IMG/VR virus record: IMGVR_UViG_3300035698_007246
Span: 62,001 to 126,000 of that record
Strand: one strand, 5' to 3'
Length of the DNA: 64,000 nt
The notes under the pieces are model-generated. The model saw only the letters and a program-made list of their open reading frames with translations. It had not been told where the DNA came from and made no database searches. The translations under genes were made by a program, and so were the position numbers. Below are positions 50,823 to 60,158 of this stretch, one piece after another. The first letter of the stretch is position 1, and every line of letters begins with the position of its first letter.

Positions 50823-51092
50823 TTACTTACCCACTGTATTCTTTATGTTTTCAGGTTTCAATTCAACAAGCCAATCATTGGCAAGGTTAATAAGATTGTC
50901 CGGTAATTTTTTTAATCCATCATGCTCATTGACAACATTAATAATTTTAGGAACCACCACAATAACAGCGGCTTCCTTAGTCGTTGGTGTAAACATTTGC
51001 AAAATGATACATATTATCAAACCAATTAAAGCACCAAGACCTATACTAATTGTGTCAAACATTATGATTAAATACATTATAAAATGACCCAC
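50823..51092 (-). CDS. membrane protein
   Basis: TM then PTTKEAAVIVVVPKI. Confidence 0.6.
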   Translation of the reverse strand: MGHFIMYLIIMFDTISIGLGALIGLIICIILQMFTPTTKEAAVIVVVPKIINVVNEHDGLKKLPDNLINLANDWLVELKPENIKNTVGK

Positions 51093-51405
51093 ATAAAAAC
51101 TCCTTTGAAAAAATTATAATTTAATTACTTTTTTTCTTGTTCTGCTACCATGTCATCATAAGATTTGAACGGAAGATGTTTTTTCATAAACTTTGCATAT
51201 TCCGCTTGAGCGGTTTCTGGAATCTCCGCCCGTAACATATTTTTAATTTTTTTAGAATCTTCAGCATATTCTTTAAGATAATATTCCATGTGGGTCGTCC
51301 GAGCGTCATGGTGATTAGTTGTTGCAAACATTGCAATAACTAATATAATAACCATCACTATACATATCCCCAATAATATATTTGTTAACATTCCTTTTGT
51401 CTCCT

Positions 51406-51927
51406 TTATTTTATAAGTTCAGCATCAACGACTTTACAACCATCAGAGTTTTCATATCGTTTATTAAATTCATTAAATTCATTTTCATAAAATTCGAAAT
51501 TTTGTTTTGCAATTTCTGTGAAAAATCGTATAAAAATCCACGTAAGTAAAGAAACCATACCAAACACCCACCACCCCACACCAATCAAACCACACATCAT
51601 TAAAAATGAAATTGTGGCTCGCAATACTCTATATTTTATTGGAGGATATAATTTTTTTGCTTCCTCATAGGTTTTATTTAACAATTTTAAAAATAACCCA
51701 TCTTCGAGTTGTTTTCTTTTATGTTTTGCTTCTACATATAATACTTTACTTTTATGAACAGTATATGCAAATGTGAGAGTACCTAACCCCATTATAAACC
51801 CCCCAAGCCATAAAATAAGACCATAAATATTAATCGCCCATTGGTGACCAGTTACAGCAAATGCGTATATACTAATCCCTATAAACCACATGAAATCATT
51901 TTTATGTTTGTTTATAAATTCTTTCAT
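51406..51927 (-). CDS. multi-TM membrane protein
   Basis: several hydrophobic segments. Confidence 0.65.
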   Translation of the reverse strand: MKEFINKHKNDFMWFIGISIYAFAVTGHQWAINIYGLILWLGGFIMGLGTLTFAYTVHKSKVLYVEAKHKRKQLEDGLFLKLLNKTYEEAKKLYPPIKYRVLRATISFLMMCGLIGVGWWVFGMVSLLTWIFIRFFTEIAKQNFEFYENEFNEFNKRYENSDGCKVVDAELIK

Positions 51928-51947
51928 ACAATCCCCTTTGAAAAAGA

Positions 51948-52397
51948 TTAATCAGTGATGTATAGTTCATCACCGATATTATATTTGTTATTACTATGGA
52001 AGATAAATCCATCATGTGTGTTGGTTGACATTCCATCACTAAGACCATAAGAATATTCAAATTCTTCCTTTTCATTTTTAAATATCCGCAATACAATTAA
52101 TGGTTTATCAATCACATGGTACGTTATTGCAACGAGTTCTGATGGGTCACATACATGATTTATAAAATCCCCATATTTACTTTTTGGTATTAAGGGAGTT
52201 TCCGTTGCAACATCTTTCACTACGACATTCTGTTGTTTTTTAGTGAACGTTGCAACGGTATCTCTACCTAATTTTTTATTGATTGTTTCTTTTGCTTCTT
52301 CAATATCAAGCGTAATTTTAACTGTGCCATCATCGTTCTTTTCAATGAAACACATCAAAACTAACACAAAATAGATTCCAAATAAAATATATCTCAT
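51948..52397 (-). CDS. signal-anchored protein
   Basis: N-terminal hydrophobic segment. Confidence 0.6.
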   Translation of the reverse strand: MRYILFGIYFVLVLMCFIEKNDDGTVKITLDIEEAKETINKKLGRDTVATFTKKQQNVVVKDVATETPLIPKSKYGDFINHVCDPSELVAITYHVIDKPLIVLRIFKNEKEEFEYSYGLSDGMSTNTHDGFIFHSNNKYNIGDELYITD

Positions 52398-52400
52398 AAT

Positions 52401-53612
52401 CTATCCCTTTATCACACCAATTTGTGAAACAATTTCAACAACTTCAACTAAATCCTTTTCATTTTCAATCACCTGAGCGATGTCCTTATAAGCAGGACCG
52501 GATTCATCAAGTATTTTTGAAATATCTGGAGTTGAAACTTCAATTCCCTTTTTCTTAAATCGAGCAACCATATCATCAATGTTAAAAGTTTTACGAGCGT
52601 TAGTTCTTGACATCACTCGACCAGCACCATGACTTGCAGAATCAAAACTATCTTTATTACCAAGACCTTTGACAATATAAGATTGTGTTTCCATTGACCC
52701 CGGAATAATTCCCATATCACCTTCACGTGCTCGAATAGCACCTTTACGATGTATCATCACATTTTCACCAAAATGGTTTTCCGTTGCGGCGTAATTGTGA
52801 TGGGCATTTACTTCCATAGACACAGTTTTTGATATATGGCCATAATGTTTTTCAATTAGATTGAAAACAAGGCTTTTAAATCTTTCCATCATCACATATC
52901 TATTTTGTTTTGCAAAATCAAGTGCAAAATTCATAGCGGTGACATAATCTTGACCTTCTTGAGTATCCATTGGTAGAAATGCTAATTCCCATGACAGTGG
53001 AACCTTAGACCAATATTTTGCATTCAAGTCTTCAGCAAGTTTATTAAAATGTCCACAGACTTTGTATCCAAGATTACGACTACCAGAGTGCAACATAATA
53101 CATAAATTCCCTTTAGAATTTTTCTGCAATTCGATAAAATGGTTTCCTCCACCGAGGGTTCCAAGACTACACCGAGCAACATCAAGATTTTCTTGAATTA
53201 TATCCAATTCAGGTGCTGAATTAAATCCAACCCATTCTTGTTGAGTTTTATGTCTTCCAAATCCAACTGGAATAACTCTACGAGCACTATCAAGTACACA
53301 TTTTACAATACTTCTATTTTGAGTATCACAATTATATGTTAATATCGAAACTGGGATATTAGTTTCAAGAAAAGCCATCCCACATCCAATGTCAACACCC
53401 ACAGCATTTGGAATAACCACATCTTTTGTAGCAATAACACCACCAATTGGCATTCCATACCCTTGATGACCATCAGGCATTATTGACACATGTTTAAATA
53501 TTGCAGGATGATTAGCTAAATTCATAGCTTGGTCAATCGCACCTTGCTCTAAATCAGTTGCCCAATTTTTAATTGGTAACCGTTGTTTATCGTTATCATA
53601 TATTACATTCAT
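52401..53612 (-). CDS. rtcB: RNA 3'-phosphate/5'-OH ligase RtcB
   Basis: MPDGHQGYGMPIGG, GVDIGCG, GTLGGGNHFIE, HSGSR, HHNY, HRKGA, IPGSM, HGAGR, AYKD. Confidence 0.97.
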   Translation of the reverse strand: MNVIYDNDKQRLPIKNWATDLEQGAIDQAMNLANHPAIFKHVSIMPDGHQGYGMPIGGVIATKDVVIPNAVGVDIGCGMAFLETNIPVSILTYNCDTQNRSIVKCVLDSARRVIPVGFGRHKTQQEWVGFNSAPELDIIQENLDVARCSLGTLGGGNHFIELQKNSKGNLCIMLHSGSRNLGYKVCGHFNKLAEDLNAKYWSKVPLSWELAFLPMDTQEGQDYVTAMNFALDFAKQNRYVMMERFKSLVFNLIEKHYGHISKTVSMEVNAHHNYAATENHFGENVMIHRKGAIRAREGDMGIIPGSMETQSYIVKGLGNKDSFDSASHGAGRVMSRTNARKTFNIDDMVARFKKKGIEVSTPDISKILDESGPAYKDIAQVIENEKDLVEVVEIVSQIGVIKG

Positions 53613-53917
53613 TAATTACTCCAATTCATAAGTGGTTTTTACTTTATATATTTTATCACAATGCCCTGCCATGTGTGACACACCATTTTCAACATATTGT
53701 TTAACTTGTTCTTCCCATTTCTTACGTTCTTTATATACAGTATAAAATGTTTTTTCGGGAATTTTCCAAGAAACTTCTGGATGATCCCAATCATTTTTTG
53801 AAGTTTCTGCAACAAATGTAATTAAAAAATAATGTGGGGAATCAAACGTTTTATGATTTTCAATAGTCACATTTTCCATTTTCTTTTCCTAAATAATAAG
53901 CGGGAGTCCCCACCCGA

Positions 53918-54436
53918 TTATAGTTTCGATATAAATTCAATAATATCTTCAAATTTAGACTCTGTTGTTCCAAACATTTCTTTCATTTGAGTGTCACAAA
54001 TTTGTTTCTGCAATTTCATTTGGTGCCGTTCCATTGCTTTGATATTATCTATAGTGATTGTTTTAACACGTGCTTTGTTATAAGCAAATAAAAATCCTGC
54101 TTGTTTACTGTAAGTATCATTTTCGTGGCAAATTGTTGTTCCAAAACGACCATCATATAATGTAACACGAGTTGTTTGTCCAGAAAATTTAACAGTATCG
54201 ACTTCAGGATAGTTGTTTCTAATTGTATCCATGAATTTAACTCTATCCAACCGTTTTGCAAGGTCAGCGTCAACTACTATGTGTTCTCTAAAAAACAATA
54301 CAGTATTCTTTTTTTGAGAAACAAAATTTAATGCTGATGTTGCTGATTTGAATTTTTGATTAATTTCATTTGTACCATTGTTTCCTTGTGATAATTTCCA
54401 AGAACCAATTCCATTTTTTTTTAATTGATAATTCAT
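53918..54436 (-). CDS. hypothetical phage protein
   Basis: TRVTLYDG...CHENDTYSKQAG; own promoter near 54515. Confidence 0.65.
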   Translation of the reverse strand: MNYQLKKNGIGSWKLSQGNNGTNEINQKFKSATSALNFVSQKKNTVLFFREHIVVDADLAKRLDRVKFMDTIRNNYPEVDTVKFSGQTTRVTLYDGRFGTTICHENDTYSKQAGFLFAYNKARVKTITIDNIKAMERHQMKLQKQICDTQMKEMFGTTESKFEDIIEFISKL

Positions 54437-54926
54437 ATTTTATATTTTATCTCCTTTAAAAGATTTTAATAATTTTATATAATACTAATATAATTCATGG
54501 TAAATGTGCTGTCAACCCCTAAATGAAACTTTTTAATTTTCCCATTCTGAAACACGGGGTATATGTGCCATATGTTTAACATCCGGTCTACCAACCCACA
54601 TATTTTTTATAGAGTGGTTAATAATCCACTTAATTTTCATCTGTTGTTCTGATAAATCACCTTGGTCGAATTCCAACACATGATTGATAGCGAGAATTTG
54701 TTTTGATTTTGAAATTATTGATAATAACAGGATAAAAAGAAAACCAATAATAAAAATCATACCAATCAATGCTATGTTCTGATAAATAACTTGTGATAAT
54801 ACGTCCATAAAAAACTCCTTTGAATAGGTTTTAACATTTAATTTAAAAAAATATAATTCATGGTCAAAGAGTTGTCAAGATAAAAATTACATTTTTTTAT
54901 TGACAACACAAATCCCATAATATATA

Positions 54927-55181
54927 TTGTATTGTATTATTAATTTAAACAATGGAGGAATGATGAGAAAAACTGTAGTAATATACAACAAAGACAATGA
55001 TTTGGTATATTTCCAATATGTGATACTAAAGGATAATGAATACCGAGCTGCCTATGATGAGTTTAAAACTGGCAATCGGGAACGTGCGGATATATCACTT
55101 TTTATATCCGGGGTGGAAAAGCAAGGTATAATTAAACAAAAACCAATATCAATTGAACTTATAAATCTTGTAGTTGTATAG
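54927..55181 (+). CDS. hypothetical protein (inverted 2-gene island)
   Basis: TTGACA at 54900 and GGAGG RBS. Confidence 0.55.
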   Translation: MYCIINLNNGGMMRKTVVIYNKDNDLVYFQYVILKDNEYRAAYDEFKTGNRERADISLFISGVEKQGIIKQKPISIELINLVVV

Positions 55182-55404
55182 GAGGAATTATATGGAAGAG
55201 GTGTATTTTTATGGTGGGATAAACACTTATAGAGTGAAAGTTTTAAATAAATCCGAATTTTTTGGAGCTTTAAATGGTATAACAAATATAAGTGAGAATG
55301 AATTCAGAGAATTTTTATCAGATTGTGAAAAAAAAGAAATGATAAAAATGAAACCTTCAAAGGCAACGTTAATATATTTGGGTGCTCATGTTGTTGCTAA
55401 ATAA
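55174..55404 (+). CDS. hypothetical protein
   Basis: GGAGG RBS; ends at hairpin 55407-55428. Confidence 0.55.
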   Translation: MYRRNYMEEVYFYGGINTYRVKVLNKSEFFGALNGITNISENEFREFLSDCEKKEMIKMKPSKATLIYLGAHVVAK

Positions 55405-55426
55405 TAAATGGGGCATTGCCCCATTT

Positions 55427-56254
55427 TTATTCCCAAAATACTTCTACTTCAAAATTTTCACGTTCTAAAATTACATTTGTTGGTTTATTTTCCAACAACA
55501 ATGTGATGTTTTTCTTAATCACCTTAATATAATTAGACATATTGAAGTTTGTTTTCCATGCTTTTCCCTTAGTCCAGATAACTTTTCCAGTTTCAAGCAA
55601 CTCTTTCCTATAATTTGAATCTAATAAGTCCGCTGTAACATGCCCTACCCTACCAGATTTAATCGCATTTAATAAATCTTTATTATTGATTACTTTTCCA
55701 TCTCCAAGATTAATTACTTTTGCGTCAATAGGTAAAGTTTCAAGAATATCTTTATTAATTATACATTTTGTTTTATCAGTAATTGGCAAATCAACAATAA
55801 GGGTGTTTGTTGAATAAATTGCATTGTATATTGATGTTTCTGATGATTCTAAATTGAGGTGTTGGACATGTTTATAGTTTTTATTAAGTAATTTGCCTGT
55901 ATCCCCTGCTGTAAATACAGTATAATATGGCAAATAATACTCTTTTTTGATTGTTGATTGTAACCATTCGAGTATAGGAGACTTTGTATATGAAATATTT
56001 ATTACACCAACGTTATTATTTTGACAATGTTTCAAATTAATATTATCTGGAGCATAATTTCTATTAAGTATCCACTTGAGGTTAGGCATTTGACGAATTA
56101 TCTTGTTATCAACCTTGCTTGTTTTAACAGATAAGACTTCACATTCCAACATGCTATGGGATAATGTATCCCGACCACCTACAAAATAATGTTCTGATAA
56201 GTCATTTTGTAATTTTTTTGTAAAATCTTTTTTATCTTTAAATAAAATCTTCAT
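55427..56254 (-). CDS. D-2-hydroxyacid dehydrogenase-like protein (degenerate)
   Basis: MPNLKWI, LPITDKTKCIIN, VINLGDGKVIN, ADLL. Confidence 0.65.
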   Translation of the reverse strand: MKILFKDKKDFTKKLQNDLSEHYFVGGRDTLSHSMLECEVLSVKTSKVDNKIIRQMPNLKWILNRNYAPDNINLKHCQNNNVGVINISYTKSPILEWLQSTIKKEYYLPYYTVFTAGDTGKLLNKNYKHVQHLNLESSETSIYNAIYSTNTLIVDLPITDKTKCIINKDILETLPIDAKVINLGDGKVINNKDLLNAIKSGRVGHVTADLLDSNYRKELLETGKVIWTKGKAWKTNFNMSNYIKVIKKNITLLLENKPTNVILERENFEVEVFWE

Positions 56255-56300
56255 TAAATCTCCTTCAGCTTTTCAATATAGTCATAAATATCACTAATAT

Positions 56301-56834
56301 TTATATTTTGGCTAAATCAGACTTTCTTTTAAATATCATGAAATATGAATGGTTTATTTTTACTCCATCTTGGGGAGTTTCATCATAAATGATTCGATTT
56401 TTATATGCAATGACATCACTTAACACAAATCCAGACTTCTCAGCACACTCTTTCACGTCATATGAGCCACGTAGCTGCCCCATACACCTAAAATCTGTAA
56501 TTCTGACAACTAAGACACCATATTTAAATAACATGGCGTTAAAACGCCCTATGTGGCTTTTTAAAACATCATCGAAATTTTTATTACGAGGGGTTTCAAA
56601 AAAGATAATGTTGTATTTGAAGTCTTTTGCAAATCCTGTGATGTTGTTTGTCTTTGTCACATCAAACAGTTTACTGTTTTCTTGAGACCAATAGTGTGTG
56701 TTTGTCACATCTAACACTTTAGTCTTTCTATTTCGACCACGGAATGGGTCAAAATAGTTAATAATTTTCCCGAATGTCATTTTTACATTTGTATTTTCAA
56801 CAATAGACGGGAAAGGTATTTGAGCTTGAATCAT
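56301..56834 (-). CDS. degenerate amino-methyltransferase-like protein
   Basis: VLDVT, IIFFETP (cf. DPPF), GVLVVRITD, HSYFMIFKR. Confidence 0.45.
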   Translation of the reverse strand: MIQAQIPFPSIVENTNVKMTFGKIINYFDPFRGRNRKTKVLDVTNTHYWSQENSKLFDVTKTNNITGFAKDFKYNIIFFETPRNKNFDDVLKSHIGRFNAMLFKYGVLVVRITDFRCMGQLRGSYDVKECAEKSGFVLSDVIAYKNRIIYDETPQDGVKINHSYFMIFKRKSDLAKI

Positions 56835-57376
56835 AATTTTATATCTTTTAGTCCTTTTACTTGCACTACACAGGAGTCATTTATAGGGAAAGAATGATTA
56901 TGGGGTGTGTTATGATTGGATATATAGAATGCTTTCTTAACACCAGTGTTTAAAGCGTCAATAATAGTCTCTGGTCTATCATCTATAACAACATCATAGT
57001 CATTTTCTTTAAAATGAGCAGTCTTATCAAAACTACCAAGCAATACAATATTGGTTATTTCGGGAAAGTGGGTCTTTATCATACCAACCGTCCCCCATTT
57101 TATTTTATTATCACGAGCGGTTACACAAGCCATGTAATGACCTGCGGATTTCCACTCTTTAATTTTCTTTTTTGAGCCATATGTTGGTTTGAATTTACAC
57201 ATATACTCTGGCATTTTAAACCTCTTATAGCATTCATCACGACCTACAACACCTAATTCTTTCAAATGGTATGTATATTGGCTTCTTAATAGTGGGTTTA
57301 GCTTTAAATCTCGTATTACATCAAAGGGTATAGTATTATCGAACAGTGTGTCATCCAAATCAATAGCAATTCTCAT
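56831..57376 (-). CDS. HAD 5'(3')-deoxyribonucleotidase-like protein
   Basis: IAIDLDDTL, VTAR, VIDDRP. Confidence 0.85.
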   Translation of the reverse strand: MRIAIDLDDTLFDNTIPFDVIRDLKLNPLLRSQYTYHLKELGVVGRDECYKRFKMPEYMCKFKPTYGSKKKIKEWKSAGHYMACVTARDNKIKWGTVGMIKTHFPEITNIVLLGSFDKTAHFKENDYDVVIDDRPETIIDALNTGVKKAFYISNHNTPHNHSFPINDSCVVQVKGLKDIKL

Positions 57377-58840
57377 TTATAAACATCCTTTTAATATATG
57401 TGCTATAACATCAACAGTCCAACCATTACCTAACATCTTATACCGTTGACTATTACTCACAAATGTAATATTCTCCATTTTTAAACCCGATAATTCCACT
57501 TTCAATAAGTTGTGACGCAATTTGTTCAAGTTGTCTATGGATAATTGAATGTTCACTTTGTCCATTACAAATGAAAAGATTTTCAATTCTATTATCAATT
57601 TTATCAAGATTGATATGATGAACTTTTTCATTACTTGTAAGTTGTCGTCCAATACAATCTTCCATAACTTTCCTGTGAACGTCTTTACCATTAATACGTT
57701 TTCTGTATCCACGACTTCCCAATTTATTTTTTTGATTATCTGAGAATAATGGGTCTCTGTGTCGTCTCCAATTTTGGTAATGTTTATTACACATTCCTCT
57801 TGCACCGCCACCCTTTTCTCCAATTTTTCTATCACAATACTTACATTTTTGTTCTGATTGAAATAGTTTTTTAGGTAATTCAACTGAACCATGTCGTTCA
57901 TATCGTTTATAATGTAAAGAACAGAGTTCTCCATATTTATGTGTTGTTGCTTGTCTATTACATCCGCTAACACTACATTTTTGTTTTTGCATAAAAATAC
58001 TCCATTGTTATTTATTTCCTGTGTAATACACATAAAGTATTTATACAAATTCGAAATTTTAGTATAATCATCTGGTACTGTCTGTAATCTTTCACATTCA
58101 ATTGGTGTTAATTTTCGCCACTCAACACCATCTAATATAGCATAATTATATGGGGTTGTGACACGTAATATATTAAATTTATCTTTAAAATTAAAACCCC
58201 CTTTATTGAAACCATGTGGCGTTTCAAAAACTAACTGCCGTCTACATCTATCAAAATATGATTTTAAATCCCCACCTTTAAAATAATGTGCATCAACACA
58301 ATAACTTTTATCTCTATCAACATATCCATGTTCTATAATATTTGTTAATAATACTCCTTTATCTTCAGGTTGTTTAATGTTAGGAATATTAGTCCAATAA
58401 TATCTAACACGATTTTGTGCTGATACTAATACACTATTAATACAAATTGGTTCAACACCCAGATGTTCTGATATAATATCTAAATATTCTTTCTTCATTC
58501 TTACATTCTCGAATAAAAAATATTTAGGTCTACATTCTTTTAGTAATCGGACAAACTCAAAAAACAATTTTGACCGTGGGTCATCAAATGCTAATTGTTT
58601 GCCAGCAAAACTAAATCCTTGACATGGACTTCCCCCAACAAGTAAATCAATCGGTTCTAAATTTTCAGCTCGTACATTACAAACATCACCAAGTTGTATA
58701 GTATCTGGGTAATTATAATCATTTACTTGGTTGGCATATTTATCAATTTCACTACTATAACGTTTATTAACCTTAATACCTAATCGGTCTAAAACTATCC
58801 AGATACATCCCATACCATTAAAAGTACTCAACACATTCAT
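57377..58840 (-). CDS. C5 cytosine DNA methyltransferase with 200-codon in-frame insert between motifs IX and X
   Basis: STFNGMG, GGSPCQGFS, FENV, QNRVRYYW, RKLTPIECERLQTVPDDYT [insert] VSNSQRYKMLGNGW. Confidence 0.9.
   Translation of the reverse strand: MNVLSTFNGMGCIWIVLDRLGIKVNKRYSSEIDKYANQVNDYNYPDTIQLGDVCNVRAENLEPIDLLVGGSPCQGFSFAGKQLAFDDPRSKLFFEFVRLLKECRPKYFLFENVRMKKEYLDIISEHLGVEPICINSVLVSAQNRVRYYWTNIPNIKQPEDKGVLLTNIIEHGYVDRDKSYCVDAHYFKGGDLKSYFDRCRRQLVFETPHGFNKGGFNFKDKFNILRVTTPYNYAILDGVEWRKLTPIECERLQTVPDDYTKISNLYKYFMCITQEINNNGVFLCKNKNVVLADVIDKQQHINMENSVLYIINDMNDMVQLNYLKNYFNQNKNVSIVIEKLEKRVAVQEECVINITKIGDDTETHYSQIIKKINWEVVDTENVLMVKTFTGKLWKIVLDDNLQVMKKFIISILIKLIIELKIFSFVMDKVNIQLSIDNLNKLRHNLLKVELSGLKMENITFVSNSQRYKMLGNGWTVDVIAHILKGCL
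57453..57992 (-). CDS. HNH homing endonuclease nested in the alternative frame of the methyltransferase
   Basis: two CxxxxC/CxxC...CxxHY Zn repeats; VHRKVME...VHHINLDKIDNRIENL...H; GGAG RBS 7 nt upstream. Confidence 0.9.
   Translation of the reverse strand: MQKQKCSVSGCNRQATTHKYGELCSLHYKRYERHGSVELPKKLFQSEQKCKYCDRKIGEKGGGARGMCNKHYQNWRRHRDPLFSDNQKNKLGSRGYRKRINGKDVHRKVMEDCIGRQLTSNEKVHHINLDKIDNRIENLFICNGQSEHSIIHRQLEQIASQLIESGIIGFKNGEYYICE
57461..58060 (-). mobile_element. homing-endonuclease insertion (promoter + RBS + HNH), neither intron nor intein
   Basis: 600 nt separating normally adjacent MTase motifs. Confidence 0.75.
58038..58052 (-). promoter_or_regulatory. late promoter for the nested HNH (GAATTTGTATAAATA)
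   Basis: identical to 26551-26565. Confidence 0.65.
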
Positions 58841-58950
58841 TATATTTTATCCTACACATTTAAATTCTGCTTCTTAGCAATATAATATTTAATTACTTTT
58901 TAGGTGGAGCGGTATCTCCCATTTTTGAACAGAATTAAAAATATTTTAAA

Positions 58951-59262
58951 TTAATATGGATTTTTATTACCAGTTAAAACTTCAGCTTGTTCTGACTGTG
59001 ACATATTTTTTTTCCATGCTTTCTTACCATATTCATTTTCATAACAATACCCTACAATATCAAATGCCGTAGAACCACCAAACATCTTTTCCAAGTCGCC
59101 TTTACATTGATAATTTCGAGTTTTACCATCTTTGCACTCTTTAGGGATACGTTCTATACACAACATATCATCCGGTGGTTGCATACCCTTTGGCATGTGT
59201 GAACTTGTGTTAAATTCTTTTACTTTTCCGCATTTTTTACAGAGGTAATCAAACGTAGGCAT
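58951..59262 (-). CDS. FmdB-family zinc-ribbon protein
   Basis: MPTFDYLCKKCG. Confidence 0.7.
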   Translation of the reverse strand: MPTFDYLCKKCGKVKEFNTSSHMPKGMQPPDDMLCIERIPKECKDGKTRNYQCKGDLEKMFGGSTAFDIVGYCYENEYGKKAWKKNMSQSEQAEVLTGNKNPY

Positions 59263-59272
59263 TCATTTCTCC

Positions 59273-59743
59273 TTATTTCAATTTGTCAATTTTATTTTTT
59301 AAGTTATCTGTATTAGTTTTTAATGTTTTTATAATAGTAACCAATTCTAAAGACCTGGATTTTATTAATCTTGCAGTTTCTTTGTTTGTAGTAATGGGTA
59401 TGTGTAGGTTTTTCATTTCCCGATTAATGGAATTCACTAATTCGGTAACGGTATTGTCTAAATTTTCATGCGTCCGCTGTACACTCATCAACTTTATCTT
59501 GGATTTGTCTAATTTATCAACGATTTTGGAAATCAAATCAAGTGATTTTTGTCTATCATCATCAACTTTAGACATTATTCCAATTAATTTTAATATTACC
59601 TCATCAAATACATCATGTAATTGTTCTTTAAATGCAATATTTGATTTGGTATTGTTTTTATATTGTCTTGTTATCCTATACAACGCATACAATATACATA
59701 CCATTAATATGAAATTAACTATTACTGTTATCATTAGTATCAT
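59273..59743 (-). CDS. TM + coiled-coil protein
   Basis: N-terminal TM. Confidence 0.6.
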   Translation of the reverse strand: MILMITVIVNFILMVCILYALYRITRQYKNNTKSNIAFKEQLHDVFDEVILKLIGIMSKVDDDRQKSLDLISKIVDKLDKSKIKLMSVQRTHENLDNTVTELVNSINREMKNLHIPITTNKETARLIKSRSLELVTIIKTLKTNTDNLKNKIDKLK

Positions 59744-60101
59744 TTACGTCCTCATCTCCCGTCAATTGTTTTCTATATACAGAATCTTCATCAAACTGTT
59801 TTAATTTCTCTTCACGAAGTGTATTATTCACATCATATGATTCAAGTCTCTTAGCCATTGTTGTAATCAATGAACCATAATCCAATAGTTCCATATTTTT
59901 ATACATATCATATAAACAAACCTGAACCATTGTCCATGTGTTGGAATGACCATTAAGATATGATTGAACTACATCATGTTCAGAACATTTTACTTTAGCT
60001 TTAAGAATTTCATTGATATCTTTTAATTGACGCATTCTGGAATTGCGTTCTTTTATATGTCTTAATATTTTTTTGATTGATTTAAAAAACATCGTATCCA
60101 C
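59715..60101 (-). CDS. hypothetical protein
   Basis: TATAAATA at 60146-60153 upstream. Confidence 0.6.
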   Translation of the reverse strand: MDTMFFKSIKKILRHIKERNSRMRQLKDINEILKAKVKCSEHDVVQSYLNGHSNTWTMVQVCLYDMYKNMELLDYGSLITTMAKRLESYDVNNTLREEKLKQFDEDSVYRKQLTGDEDVNDTNDNSNS

Positions 60102-60158
60102 CTTTCAAAATTGAATAAACAAGTAGGGTAATCTCACCCTACTCATATTTATACATCT

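Noticed and set aside
52401-53612. sigma54 array acting as the promoter of rtcB, as in E. coli rtcBA
   Set aside because: The sites lie ~12 kb downstream of rtcB and cannot transcribe it in sense.
57461-58060. Group I/II intron or intein in the methyltransferase
   Set aside because: No room for a ribozyme core (the HNH stop lies in the downstream exon), no intein terminal residues, and the HNH is not in the host frame.
59283-59804. 173-aa plus-strand ORF and similar antisense ORFs (e.g. 6567-7040, 16803-17186)
   Set aside because: Antisense shadows of real genes, without RBS.
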